45,387 bases of DNA from Bacillota bacterium (GTDB lineage Bacteria > Bacillota > Limnochordia > DTU087), in contig JAAZHE010000201.1 of the NCBI GenBank assembly GCA_012510855.1, positions 1 to 45,387 of the forward strand. Reading direction: 5' to 3'. Shown here one piece after another: positions 18,090 through 27,151 of the stretch (position 1 is its first letter; each line of letters begins with the position of its first letter). Under the pieces are notes generated by a model that worked only from the letters and a program-made list of their open reading frames with translations, made no database searches and was not told where the DNA came from. Position numbers and translations under genes: made by a program.

Positions 18090-19196
18090 TTGACGGCATT
18101 ATGGAATCTTTATCAAGTCCGTGATGGTAGAACCAAGCGAGTTTCAAGCTATGATAGGACAGGAGGAAATGCAGATCATATCGTTGTTAAACCCGGTGAG
18201 ACAGCCGTACTGGCAGACATAAAAGGAGCAGGTATTATACGACACATCTGGATCACTATAGCCTGTAAGGATCCGATGATTCGGAGAAACTGCATTCTGC
18301 GCATGTACTGGGACGGAGAAGAAAACCCCAGTGTAGAGTCTCCTATCGGTGATTTCTTCGGCCAAGGCTGGGGTGAAGAGTATAACTTCATATCGTTACC
18401 TTTGGCTGCAGCCCCCCAGGGTGGCAGAGCATTGAACAGCTATTTCCCTATGCCCTTTGGTACGCGGGCACTTATCACCGTGGAAAACCAATCCGACCAG
18501 CAAATGGATGCTCTTTACTTCTACATTGACTATGAAGAGAGGGATGAGCTTCCCGAGTCTGCCTGCCGATTCCACGCCTGGTGGAACAGGGAAATAACTG
18601 ACCCCGCAGAGAAGGGCGAGAATGAATGGGAGGTATTACATCCCTACGCCACCAATCGCAGTGACACCGACAACTACCTGATAATAGAAGCAGAAGGAAA
18701 AGGGCATGTGGTCGGCGTCAACTACTTTGTGGATTGTCCCAGCCCCATCTGGTATGGCGAAGGTGACGATATGTGGCTGATCGATGGCGAACCATGGCCA
18801 GGTTCTCTACACGGCACTGGGACAGAAGACTTCTTCAACAGTTCGTGGTGCCCGAAAGAGATCTATCAGCATCCTTACTTTGGATATGCTAGGGTAAATA
18901 ACAACATCGGATGGCTGGGTCGAACCCATTGTTATCGCTTCTTCCTGGAAGATCCCATTATGTTCAACAAATCAATTCGCGGCAGCATAGAGCACGGTCA
19001 TGCCAATGTGTTGACATTGGACCTTGCCACAGTAGTCTACTGGTATCAGATAGAGCCACACAAGCCGTTCCCCGCTATACTCCCCAAAGAGAAACGACAG
19101 AACATGCCCGAGATCACTGTACGTGATATTCATAGATGGCGACACGCCTGGCGTGAGAGTATGGGAGGAAAGAAACTCTGGGGAAACGAGAAATGA
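18090..19196 (+). CDS. DUF2961 / glycoside hydrolase family 172 protein
   Basis: RVSSYDRTGGNADHIVVKPGE, GAGIIRHIWIT, ILRMYWDGEE.PSVESPIGDFFGQGWG and ALYFYIDYEE are DUF2961 hallmarks. AAGGAGGA lies 7 nt upstream of the TTG at 18090. There is no signal peptide. Confidence 0.8.
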   Translation: MTALWNLYQVRDGRTKRVSSYDRTGGNADHIVVKPGETAVLADIKGAGIIRHIWITIACKDPMIRRNCILRMYWDGEENPSVESPIGDFFGQGWGEEYNFISLPLAAAPQGGRALNSYFPMPFGTRALITVENQSDQQMDALYFYIDYEERDELPESACRFHAWWNREITDPAEKGENEWEVLHPYATNRSDTDNYLIIEAEGKGHVVGVNYFVDCPSPIWYGEGDDMWLIDGEPWPGSLHGTGTEDFFNSSWCPKEIYQHPYFGYARVNNNIGWLGRTHCYRFFLEDPIMFNKSIRGSIEHGHANVLTLDLATVVYWYQIEPHKPFPAILPKEKRQNMPEITVRDIHRWRHAWRESMGGKKLWGNEK

Positions 19197-19270
19197 GTTT
19201 CATTTAGTCCATTGGTACAGAAGATATGTAGACGATATGTAGAGGCGTGTAATGCACATAATTTAAGGAG

Positions 19271-19304
19271 ACAGCGCTCGGCTCCGCCCGGGCGCTGTCT
19301 TTTT
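19271..19304 (+). terminator. Rho-independent terminator (copy 2 of the repeated element)
   Basis: ACAGCGCTCGG (19271-19281) pairs with CCGGGCGCTGT (19288-19298). The arms and the U-G pair are the same as in copy 1. CTTTTT follows. Confidence 0.65.
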
Positions 19305-19534
19305 CCATAGTATCTCTATGCAAGCCTCAATCCAGCTCTATACGAGCCCCAGCCAGGCTCTCCTAAGATCGGTGCCGGTTAGACTTCGTCTTATCTTCTA
19401 GCCAGAGAACCGAGCATAACGCTGCCTCACTGCGAAGGCTACCGCCTAATCTCAGCGACAAAAGGCATTGGCAGGGAGCTTTTTGGTTGGTCAAAGGCAT
19501 ATGACACAACACCCGCCCGGGGCAAGTGGCTTTC

Positions 19535-21856
19535 CTACTTGGCCACCTTTGCCGCATCGAAGGGAAAAGGCAGGTCTGCAATTGCCGCTAGCCACTTTCT
19601 GTATACCTCAAAGGACACCGGCGGATAGACTCTGCAGTAGTGATTACCGTACTCCTTCCCGTCGACCTCCCATTTAATTATAAAAAGCTTATGCTCTCCT
19701 CTAAAGCCCTTAATGCGGTCGACAACCAGATTACCATCGGCAGGGATCAGTAGGCTGCCTGAACTGACTATCTCGTCGGTATCATAGTCTCTAATGCTAT
19801 ATGATACATGGACGTCCTCCAATGTATCATTAACCACAACGACAGGCTGACTCCACCCCTCCAGTTCCCCCAGCATCACACAGACAGGAACCTGAACCCG
19901 CTTAATGTAGTGATACGCTAGCTTCTTGGCAAAGTAATAGTCCACCACCGCGTCTGAAAACTGAGGCCAGCAGTCTATCACATTCCACCAGAGGATACCG
20001 GTACAGCGGGGTTTTCGCATTCGGGCTTGCTCGATAAAGAATTTCTTTGCCTCCGCTTGACAGATCTGGGAAGCCAGAGCAAATTCCTCGAGGTTATCGG
20101 GAATCATACCGAAATACTCCCGTACCTGGTTAGCCATCAGCTCATTCCGATCATAATGCCGCCTGTTCTTCTGCCAGTGCTCCACCGAATGCCAGCGCCA
20201 CTCATCATTGTCGTGATAGGGCCACAGTTTATCTGGTGAGATGAATCTCTTGATGGAAGATGCATTAGGACAGCCGTGGTAGCCAATTTCTCCGATGAAG
20301 TGTGCCGAGTTCTCGGAGAAAAAGCGACTCTTGAAATAATCCCTGGGCCCCCATAGATGCTGTTCCGGCGTATAGTGATGGTAATTCATGCCGTACTTGT
20401 TGGCCTCAGGGGAGATATAGGGGGAACTCGGAACATAAGCCCGATAGGGATCGCAGCGTCTCACCATCTCCGGCAGGATTTCTCGGCTGATACGGTTATA
20501 CTCTGCCTGCAACCCATCTTGTACCAGCAGCATATCGATCTCATTATCGCCACAGTACACGACCAATGAAGGATGGTTGCGCACCCTCTCGATGAAATCC
20601 TGGGCCTCGGCTCTCACTTGCTCAAAGAATTCATCTTTCTGGGGGAACATAGCACAGGCGAAGGCAAAGTCCTGCCAAATCATGATACCTTTCTCATCAC
20701 ACAGGTCATACAATAGGTCATCTTCATAGACTCCTCCACCCCAGATGCGGAGCATGTTGCAACCAAGGTCATCGAACAAATCAACCACCTTAGGAATCCT
20801 CTCCGCGTCACGGGAATGTAGGGCATCAACTGGAACCCAGTTACTTCCCTTCACCATAATTCTCTTGTTATTAATCCGAATATGGAAATCCCCGCTGTCT
20901 CCAGCCAGTTCTGTTCTAACAAGCTCGGCGGTTCTGATACCGATCCGGTCAACACGCTGGGCGATAACTCTGCCATCCCTAAGAAGTTCACATGTGACTG
21001 TATACAAATTGGGCTCCCCATAACCCTTAGGCCACCACAATTGCGGGCGATGTACTTCGATCAGGAGCCTTCCAGCAATGAATTCAACAGGTTTTTCAAG
21101 GGTGAATTCAGCATCGCCGCATCGTCCCCGAAACCGCAGGGAAAGACCATTCAAAAAGGGAGTATCTGTTCTAAACTGGTAGTAGACACCGACTGTGGCT
21201 TTCTCATCACCTACATGATGGGTCCAGTAATAAAGTGACTCGATATCATTTACAGGCCGCTCCACGATCTCCACCGGGCGCCAGATACCTGCGGACACAA
21301 TTCTCGGCGCAATATCCCAGCCATACATATGCCCGGCCTTCCGGATCCAGAGCACTTCCCCGCGGTCTTCCCAACTCCAGGTAATAGGTTCGTATTGGTA
21401 CTGCCGGGCTGCGTTGATGGGTGAACTGATCCGCACCGCAATATGGTTGGATTCACCATATTTGAGGTACTCGGTAACCCGAAATCGATGCCGGATCAGC
21501 ATATTGCGGGTATCGCCTATCCTCTGACCATTCAACCAGATGGTGGCGATGGTATCCAGACCGTGAAAAACTAGTTCAAAATCCCGTCCTTTCCAGTCAC
21601 TAGGCACCACAAACTCTCGTTCATACCACCATTGATAAAACTCATAAGGGCGAAGTTCCCGACTGTTCAGGCCAATGAACGGATCTTCAATAACACCTGC
21701 CCGCACGAGATCTAGTTCGACATTCCCCGGCACCTCCGCCTCGATGGGTATTAAGTCGAGGGCAGCCAGCTCCTCAGGGCTGCGGGGCTCCAAAGTTCCT
21801 TCGGGAAAATACTTTAGCATCCACTTGCCATTCAAACTCAACCTTGCCCGGGTCAC
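19535..21856 (-). CDS. glycoside hydrolase family 2 protein, beta-mannosidase-like
   Basis: A 773-aa ORF with LSLNGKWMLKYF, VPGNVELDL, NMLRIWGGGVYEDD, IMIWQDFAFACA and YCGDNEIDM. GGGAGG lies 7 nt upstream of the GTG at 21856. There is no signal peptide. Confidence 0.8.
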   Translation of the reverse strand: MTRARLSLNGKWMLKYFPEGTLEPRSPEELAALDLIPIEAEVPGNVELDLVRAGVIEDPFIGLNSRELRPYEFYQWWYEREFVVPSDWKGRDFELVFHGLDTIATIWLNGQRIGDTRNMLIRHRFRVTEYLKYGESNHIAVRISSPINAARQYQYEPITWSWEDRGEVLWIRKAGHMYGWDIAPRIVSAGIWRPVEIVERPVNDIESLYYWTHHVGDEKATVGVYYQFRTDTPFLNGLSLRFRGRCGDAEFTLEKPVEFIAGRLLIEVHRPQLWWPKGYGEPNLYTVTCELLRDGRVIAQRVDRIGIRTAELVRTELAGDSGDFHIRINNKRIMVKGSNWVPVDALHSRDAERIPKVVDLFDDLGCNMLRIWGGGVYEDDLLYDLCDEKGIMIWQDFAFACAMFPQKDEFFEQVRAEAQDFIERVRNHPSLVVYCGDNEIDMLLVQDGLQAEYNRISREILPEMVRRCDPYRAYVPSSPYISPEANKYGMNYHHYTPEQHLWGPRDYFKSRFFSENSAHFIGEIGYHGCPNASSIKRFISPDKLWPYHDNDEWRWHSVEHWQKNRRHYDRNELMANQVREYFGMIPDNLEEFALASQICQAEAKKFFIEQARMRKPRCTGILWWNVIDCWPQFSDAVVDYYFAKKLAYHYIKRVQVPVCVMLGELEGWSQPVVVVNDTLEDVHVSYSIRDYDTDEIVSSGSLLIPADGNLVVDRIKGFRGEHKLFIIKWEVDGKEYGNHYCRVYPPVSFEVYRKWLAAIADLPFPFDAAKVAK

Positions 21857-22173
21857 TTCCTTACCTCCCTTTGCTGTTCACGGTTTAGTCTGACCCTTTG
21901 CGATTACTCACAACTCTGTCTGTTATTGTTAGTCTAATTATATATTGCTAGAGTCTCCCGGCACAACCGAAGTTCCAATACTATTCATCGCCGAACGGTT
22001 AGCATGAGTTTTCATACACCTGATAGGAGAGCCGCGACCAGACATAGAAGACAGATAATCAGTATCTTTGATACTCAAAGACGGTGATGGACTACATCAA
22101 TCCGCTGAGCGAGGCGAAACCTTTCAGATGAGTAAGCTGCCCCATTGATTATCTTTGAAAAGGAGACTGGCAC

Positions 22174-23544
22174 ATGAGCTGGAAACTAGAGGAACTGGCA
22201 GGTTCAGAGTTTCAATGTCAATGCGGCCGGATACACCAAGTTCCCATAAAAAAGATCCGTTTGAGCAAAGCTGCCCTTAACTGGCTGGAACAAGATATCC
22301 CCGAGCTGGGTCTAGCCGGTACAGCAGTGATAGTAGCCGATGAGACTACCTTTGAGATAGCCGGAAGGCAGGTTGAGGCAGTACTCGGCGGGGCTGGGAT
22401 AGCCGTGGAGCGGGTGATCCTTCGTCCCCGCCATAGTCTTACGCCATCCCATTGGGTCTTGCCCGATGAGCACAGTCTAGGCGAAGTGCTGATGAAGGTT
22501 CCCGATAATGATGGGTTTTTGGTAGCCGTTGGTTCAGGCACTATCAATGATATCACCCGCTTTGTATCCCATAAAACCAGACGGCCCTTTATCTCTGTCG
22601 GTACAGCAGCTTCCATGGATGGCTACGCTTCCACGGTATCTGCGCTGCTAACTGGCAGTTTCAAGAAGACACTACCCGCCACCTATCCCACTGCCATTTA
22701 CGTTGATCCAGACATCCTGGCCACTGCTCCCCAGGAAATGGCTGCGGCAGGGTTCGGAGATCTACTGGGCAAATCTATAGCGTTGGCTGATTGGAGACTT
22801 TCCCATATCATCAATGGTGAATACTACTGTCCCACCATTGCCAGTATCGTAGAACAAGTACTAGCAGGAGCCATTAATGACGTATCTGCCCTAAGCTCAG
22901 GAGATCCCGATGCCCTTTTGCGGTTAACTGCGGGACTTATTCTCTCGGGAGTTGCCATCCTCATGTTTAGAGATTCCCGCCCAGTATCGGGGGCCGAACA
23001 TGAACTTGCCCACTTTTGGGAGATTCGGGGACTTGCCCACGGCCGTATGTTCTACCATGGAGACAAGGTAGCCATCGGCACCCTACTTATTACAGAAATG
23101 TACCAGCGGGTATTAGCACTAAAGCCGGAGACCTTGGATTGGGAAAGAATATACGCAGCAAGGCTCCCGATTACCCAGTACAAGAAGATGCTGCAAAGGG
23201 ACTTCGCAGGGGCATGGGAAGCCTTGTATTCACCGAACTGGGAAGAGTCTAAGATGCAGGAGCTTTCACGGCGCACCGGTGAGCTGGTGATCCCCAATTG
23301 GGATCGGATCCAGCAGGAAGTCCCCAAGTCCCTTTTGCCTGTGGATATGATACGGAAATATCTTTCAGCATTAGGCCTGTGTCAGAATCCTCAAGATCTC
23401 GGCATAGAGGTTGAATGGATAGAAGCAAGCCTACGAAGCGGCAGGGAAATGAAACCACACCGCTACACAATAATGGATCTCGCGGCTGAGATGGGCTGTC
23501 TAGAAAGGATCAATAGGGAGATAGTTGAAGAGATACTGAGTTGA
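22174..23544 (+). CDS. iron-containing alcohol dehydrogenase superfamily, AraM/EgsA-like sn-glycerol-1-phosphate dehydrogenase
   Basis: VGSGTINDITRFVSH, AAGFGDLLGKSIALADW and SRPVSGAEHELAHFWE align with B. subtilis AraM motifs from memory (VGSGTIHDIVRF, AAGFGDMLGK.TSLADW, SRPASGGEHHISHW). Confidence 0.7.
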   Translation: MSWKLEELAGSEFQCQCGRIHQVPIKKIRLSKAALNWLEQDIPELGLAGTAVIVADETTFEIAGRQVEAVLGGAGIAVERVILRPRHSLTPSHWVLPDEHSLGEVLMKVPDNDGFLVAVGSGTINDITRFVSHKTRRPFISVGTAASMDGYASTVSALLTGSFKKTLPATYPTAIYVDPDILATAPQEMAAAGFGDLLGKSIALADWRLSHIINGEYYCPTIASIVEQVLAGAINDVSALSSGDPDALLRLTAGLILSGVAILMFRDSRPVSGAEHELAHFWEIRGLAHGRMFYHGDKVAIGTLLITEMYQRVLALKPETLDWERIYAARLPITQYKKMLQRDFAGAWEALYSPNWEESKMQELSRRTGELVIPNWDRIQQEVPKSLLPVDMIRKYLSALGLCQNPQDLGIEVEWIEASLRSGREMKPHRYTIMDLAAEMGCLERINREIVEEILS

Positions 23545-23624
23545 CAATAACGCAGCTCCAGCTAACAGAAACACCGGAGCAAGGAATCACGTCTTTTCGA
23601 GTAAGGTCAACGGAGGGCACCCAT

Positions 23625-25277
23625 ATGCGGCATTTTCCGGCATCAGCGACGAAACTCTTCTACAATGCTCGGATCATAACCATGGATCCCAGCCAGCCTA
23701 CGGCAGAGGCCATGGCCGTCTGGGAGGATCGGATCCTGGCTGTTGGCAAGGCCGAGGAGGTATTCCCATGGGCATCTCGGAAAACCCAGCGGATCAACCT
23801 AGAGGGTCAGGTGATCGTTCCCGGCTATAACGACAGTCACATGCACCTGCTTTATTGGGGACTGGGAATGATGGGCGCGGATCTTGCTGCAGCACGGTCA
23901 GTGGATGAGATGATCTGCCTCGGCCGAGAATTTGCCGACAGCAATCCAAATCGGGAGTGGATCATAGGACGGGGCTGGAATGACGAGAACTTCCCTGGCA
24001 AGGCCCTGCCGACCAAGGAGGATCTGGATAGAGTCTCACTCCACCGGCCCGTGGTCTTCACCAGGGCGTGCGGTCACGTCTGTGTGGTCAATTCCAAGGC
24101 ACTGGAGCTGGCAGGCATCGATGCTTCTACTCCTAACCCGCCGGGAGGGCATATTGACCGCACCGGCGGTGGTGAACCCACCGGCATTCTCAGGGAAAAC
24201 GCTATCACTTTGGTCGGAAGGCTGATTCCGGACCCAACTGTCAGCGATCTAAAGGAGATTCTTTCTAAAGCCACCCACGCCGCGGCAGCTCTAGGGCTAA
24301 CCACAGTTCAAACTAATGATCTAGATGGAGCGGGAACGCTGTCAATGCGACTAGAGGCATACTACAAGTTAGCAGCTGCCCGGGAGCTCCCTATCCGGGT
24401 TGTTCTCCAAGCAGCGATGCCGACCCCCGACGATCTGACCGCCTACTTGGAGGCTCGAAGATGCTATCCCGTTTTGGGCTCCAATCCCGGCTCTCACCTT
24501 ACCCTAGGGCCCCTCAAACTCTATGCCGATGGTTCCTTAGGAGCTAGAACTGCTGCACTCAGTGAACCCTATGCCGATGCCCCTGACACTTCCGGGATGC
24601 TTATTTATACCCAGGAGGAGCTAGACGAACTGGTTAGCCTCGCCGCTGAAGCTAATCTACAAGTTGCTGTCCACGCCATCGGGGACAAAGCATTAGATAT
24701 AGTGCTGACAAGCTATGAACGGGCTAAGAGACCTATGCCAGGCTGGAGTGCTCGCCCTCGAGTGGTTCACTGTCAGATTGCAACCCGCCAGCAGCTTGAG
24801 CGCATGGCTGCCTTGGGCTGTGTCGCCGATATTCAACCGATCTTTGTTCCCACCGATCTGCATTTTGCAGAAGATAGGATCGGTGCTGACCGGGGAGTCT
24901 ACACCTATGCCTGGAAAACGATGGCTAGCCTGGGAATCCACACAGCCGGCGGCTCCGATTGTCCGGTGGAAAGCTGCAATCCCCTGTGGGGGTTGCATGC
25001 TGCCATCACCCGCCAGGACCACAGCGGCAATCCTCCGGGCGGCTGGCACCCAGAAGAGTGCCTGACTCCCACAGAGGCCTTGGCACTCTTTACAACTGGT
25101 TCTGCCTATGCTGCCCAAGAAGAAGCTGTCAAAGGGAGTCTTTCACCGGGAAAACTGGCAGATTTCGTAGCCCTTCCCAAAGACCCCACACAGACCCCGC
25201 CCCAAGAGCTCCTGGATATGCAGGTAGCGGCTACTTATGTGGGCGGAAGGCGGGTTTGGCCAAGCGTTGAAGAATGA
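23625..25277 (+). CDS. metal-dependent amidohydrolase, YtcJ-like (COG1574)
   Basis: LFYNARIITMD, GYNDSHMHL, VAVHAIGD, GSDCPVE. The ATG at 23625 has GGAGGG 7 nt upstream. The TTG at 23541 adds an atypical 28-aa leader. Confidence 0.8.
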   Translation: MRHFPASATKLFYNARIITMDPSQPTAEAMAVWEDRILAVGKAEEVFPWASRKTQRINLEGQVIVPGYNDSHMHLLYWGLGMMGADLAAARSVDEMICLGREFADSNPNREWIIGRGWNDENFPGKALPTKEDLDRVSLHRPVVFTRACGHVCVVNSKALELAGIDASTPNPPGGHIDRTGGGEPTGILRENAITLVGRLIPDPTVSDLKEILSKATHAAAALGLTTVQTNDLDGAGTLSMRLEAYYKLAAARELPIRVVLQAAMPTPDDLTAYLEARRCYPVLGSNPGSHLTLGPLKLYADGSLGARTAALSEPYADAPDTSGMLIYTQEELDELVSLAAEANLQVAVHAIGDKALDIVLTSYERAKRPMPGWSARPRVVHCQIATRQQLERMAALGCVADIQPIFVPTDLHFAEDRIGADRGVYTYAWKTMASLGIHTAGGSDCPVESCNPLWGLHAAITRQDHSGNPPGGWHPEECLTPTEALALFTTGSAYAAQEEAVKGSLSPGKLADFVALPKDPTQTPPQELLDMQVAATYVGGRRVWPSVEE

Positions 25278-25393
25278 CGGATTCTGGGCCACTCTCTCCC
25301 ATCGTCAACATGCGTATCCTTTCTCTGTTGCGGTTTATGCTGGTCATTGACAATCCCCTGAAGAGTTGAGGCATAGTCTTAGACAGTAGACAA

Positions 25394-25433
25394 GGTGATG
25401 CTCGCTATTTCAACAATGGCGAAATGCATCACC
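25394..25433. terminator. hairpin between convergent genes (possible bidirectional terminator, no U-tract)
   Basis: GGTGATGC-TCGC (25394-25405) pairs with GCGA (25419-25422) and GCATCACC (25426-25433). There is a 3-nt bulge. Confidence 0.3.
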
Positions 25434-25444
25434 CTATCCATGCT

Positions 25445-26086
25445 CTATAATCCTTTTCCTTTAGCAACCAGCTGGGCTGCGTAATCAGCTATGACTTGAA
25501 AGTCGCCCCGGGCGATGGCTTCTTTATTGATCATTCTGCCCCCCACACCTAAGATATCTGCCCCTGCAGCAAAGAAGGCATCGGCATTTTCAATCCCCAC
25601 TCCTCCTGTCGCCATAACCGTGATATGCCCCAGGGGACCCTTGACATTCTTGATGTACCCAGGTCCCAGATCTGCTGCGGGAAAAAGTTTGATGATATCT
25701 GCCCCCGCTTCGTAGGCAGTTTCAATTTCTGATGGAGTTGCGCATCCGGGGATGACTAGGCGGCCATAACGGTTTCCAAGGCGGATAACATCCACATTCA
25801 GATTAGGTGCAACCAAGAACTCCGCCCCGGACAGCAGTGCCAATCGCCCCGTTTCGGCATCCAATACAGTGCCGGCTCCAACGGCGGCGTTGTCGCCTAG
25901 ATCGGATTTTATCATCTGAATGGCTTCCAATGCACCTGGAGTATCCATGGTCACCTCCATGGCGTAGATCCCGCCCTCGAGGAGCGCTCTAGCGATCTCC
26001 TTGACCTTACCAACATCGATCTTCCGCAGGATTGCAACTATGCGGCTTGCCATGATCTTTTCGTAGACTGATACCTTGTATTTCAC
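25445..26086 (-). CDS. eda: 2-dehydro-3-deoxy-phosphogluconate / -phosphogalactonate aldolase (KDPG aldolase family)
   Basis: IVAILR, EVTMDTPGA, VGAGTVL, IPGCATPSE, IIKLFPA, VMATGGV. The GTG at 26086 is 6 nt from AGGAGGG. The ATG at 26092 abuts the SD. Confidence 0.85.
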   Translation of the reverse strand: MKYKVSVYEKIMASRIVAILRKIDVGKVKEIARALLEGGIYAMEVTMDTPGALEAIQMIKSDLGDNAAVGAGTVLDAETGRLALLSGAEFLVAPNLNVDVIRLGNRYGRLVIPGCATPSEIETAYEAGADIIKLFPAADLGPGYIKNVKGPLGHITVMATGGVGIENADAFFAAGADILGVGGRMINKEAIARGDFQVIADYAAQLVAKGKGL

Positions 26087-26129
26087 GAGCATCCCTCCTG
26101 TGCCGATGGAAAGTCTAACCTGGTTTTAG

Positions 26130-27113
26130 CTAGCGTTGAATGTCGGCTACTCCAGCTGCCAAAAGTCTTTCGACATCTTTCTTGTTCAAGTAGCTTTGGT
26201 CACCGAAAATGGTGTGCTTGAGGGCTGCCAAGGCAATCCCATATCTTAGACTCAAATCCGGCAAACCATTTAGGAAGCCGTAGATGGCACCGGCGGCAAA
26301 GGCATCGCCGGCACCGATCCGGTCAATTACCTCAAGCTCATAGCCGTCAACCCGCTTGATCTCCCCATCAAACAACCCGATGGCTCCTTCCCCTCCTAGG
26401 GTGATGATTATCCAAGGGCAGCCGTAAGTCTCATGCAGCTTCTAGCAAACGTCTTGGGGACTGTCCGTCAAGTTGAACACCTTGCGCACATCATCCAGGG
26501 TGGATATTAGCAGATTGACGTCCTTGAGAACAGAATCGACGGCCCTCTTCGCTTTTTCTGCACTCCACAGCCTCTGGCGATAATTCACATCGAAGGAGAC
26601 TGTCCTTCCGGCCTTCCGCACCTCGGCAGCAACCTTTGTTACCATATCCCTGCAGGAATCGCTGAGGGCCATGGTTATCCCGGTGAGATGGACATGCCGT
26701 GCGGCTAATATATAATCCAGGTCAAGGTCTTCGAACCGCATGGTGCTGGCTGCTGAGTTTGCCCGGTCGTAGACAACTTCAGCAGGTCGGGGTTTCACGC
26801 CCGGCTCGACGAACATAGTCCCGACTCTACCTTCCTGGGTCCAGATGATCCGGGATGTATCAACTCCGTGCCGCCGCAGCTCCCCCGCGATGCGAAAGCC
26901 CCAGGGATTCTCAACCAGCTTGCTGATCCACCCACTGGCAACGCCTAACCTTGCCAGGGCCACTGCAACATTGGATTCCGCACCGCCAATTTCAACATCC
27001 AATTGCCGGGCCTGTTCCAAGCGGATACCGGTCTTGGGGGAAAAGCGGATCATGGTTTCCCCTATAGTAACTACTTCCAACTTAGGTTCATCGCACATAG
27101 GTTGCCTGTTCAT
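26130..27113 (-). pseudogene. kdgK: PfkB-family 2-dehydro-3-deoxygluconokinase-like sugar-acid kinase interrupted by an in-frame TAG
   Basis: The N-terminal part (MNRQPMCDEPKLEVVTIGETMIRFSP...) ends at ...SPQDVC, followed by a TAG (26444-26442). The same frame continues KLHETYGCPWIIITLGGEGAIGLFDGE...IGAGDAFAAG to 26130. A GAGGAG SD lies upstream of the ATG at 27113. Confidence 0.7.
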
Positions 27114-27151
27114 GGAGCTCTCCTCATCTCGACAAGTAGTTGGCTGCCGCC

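Noticed and set aside
19305-19534. A 230-nt gap between the GH172 terminator and the convergent GH2 stop. I checked it for a small gene or a second terminator, including the ORF-track entries 19363-19581 and 19468-19677.
   Set aside because: Both ORFs lack an SD and have Arg/Ser/Pro-rich composition. Only a short CCCGGG-centred palindrome is present. I found no supported feature.
26442-26444. The TAG in the KDG kinase read as pyrrolysine.
   Set aside because: No pylTSBCD genes or methylamine methyltransferases are in the window. By my reading TAG terminates 12 well-supported genes here. A sugar kinase is not a known Pyl protein. This cannot be fully excluded without the whole genome.
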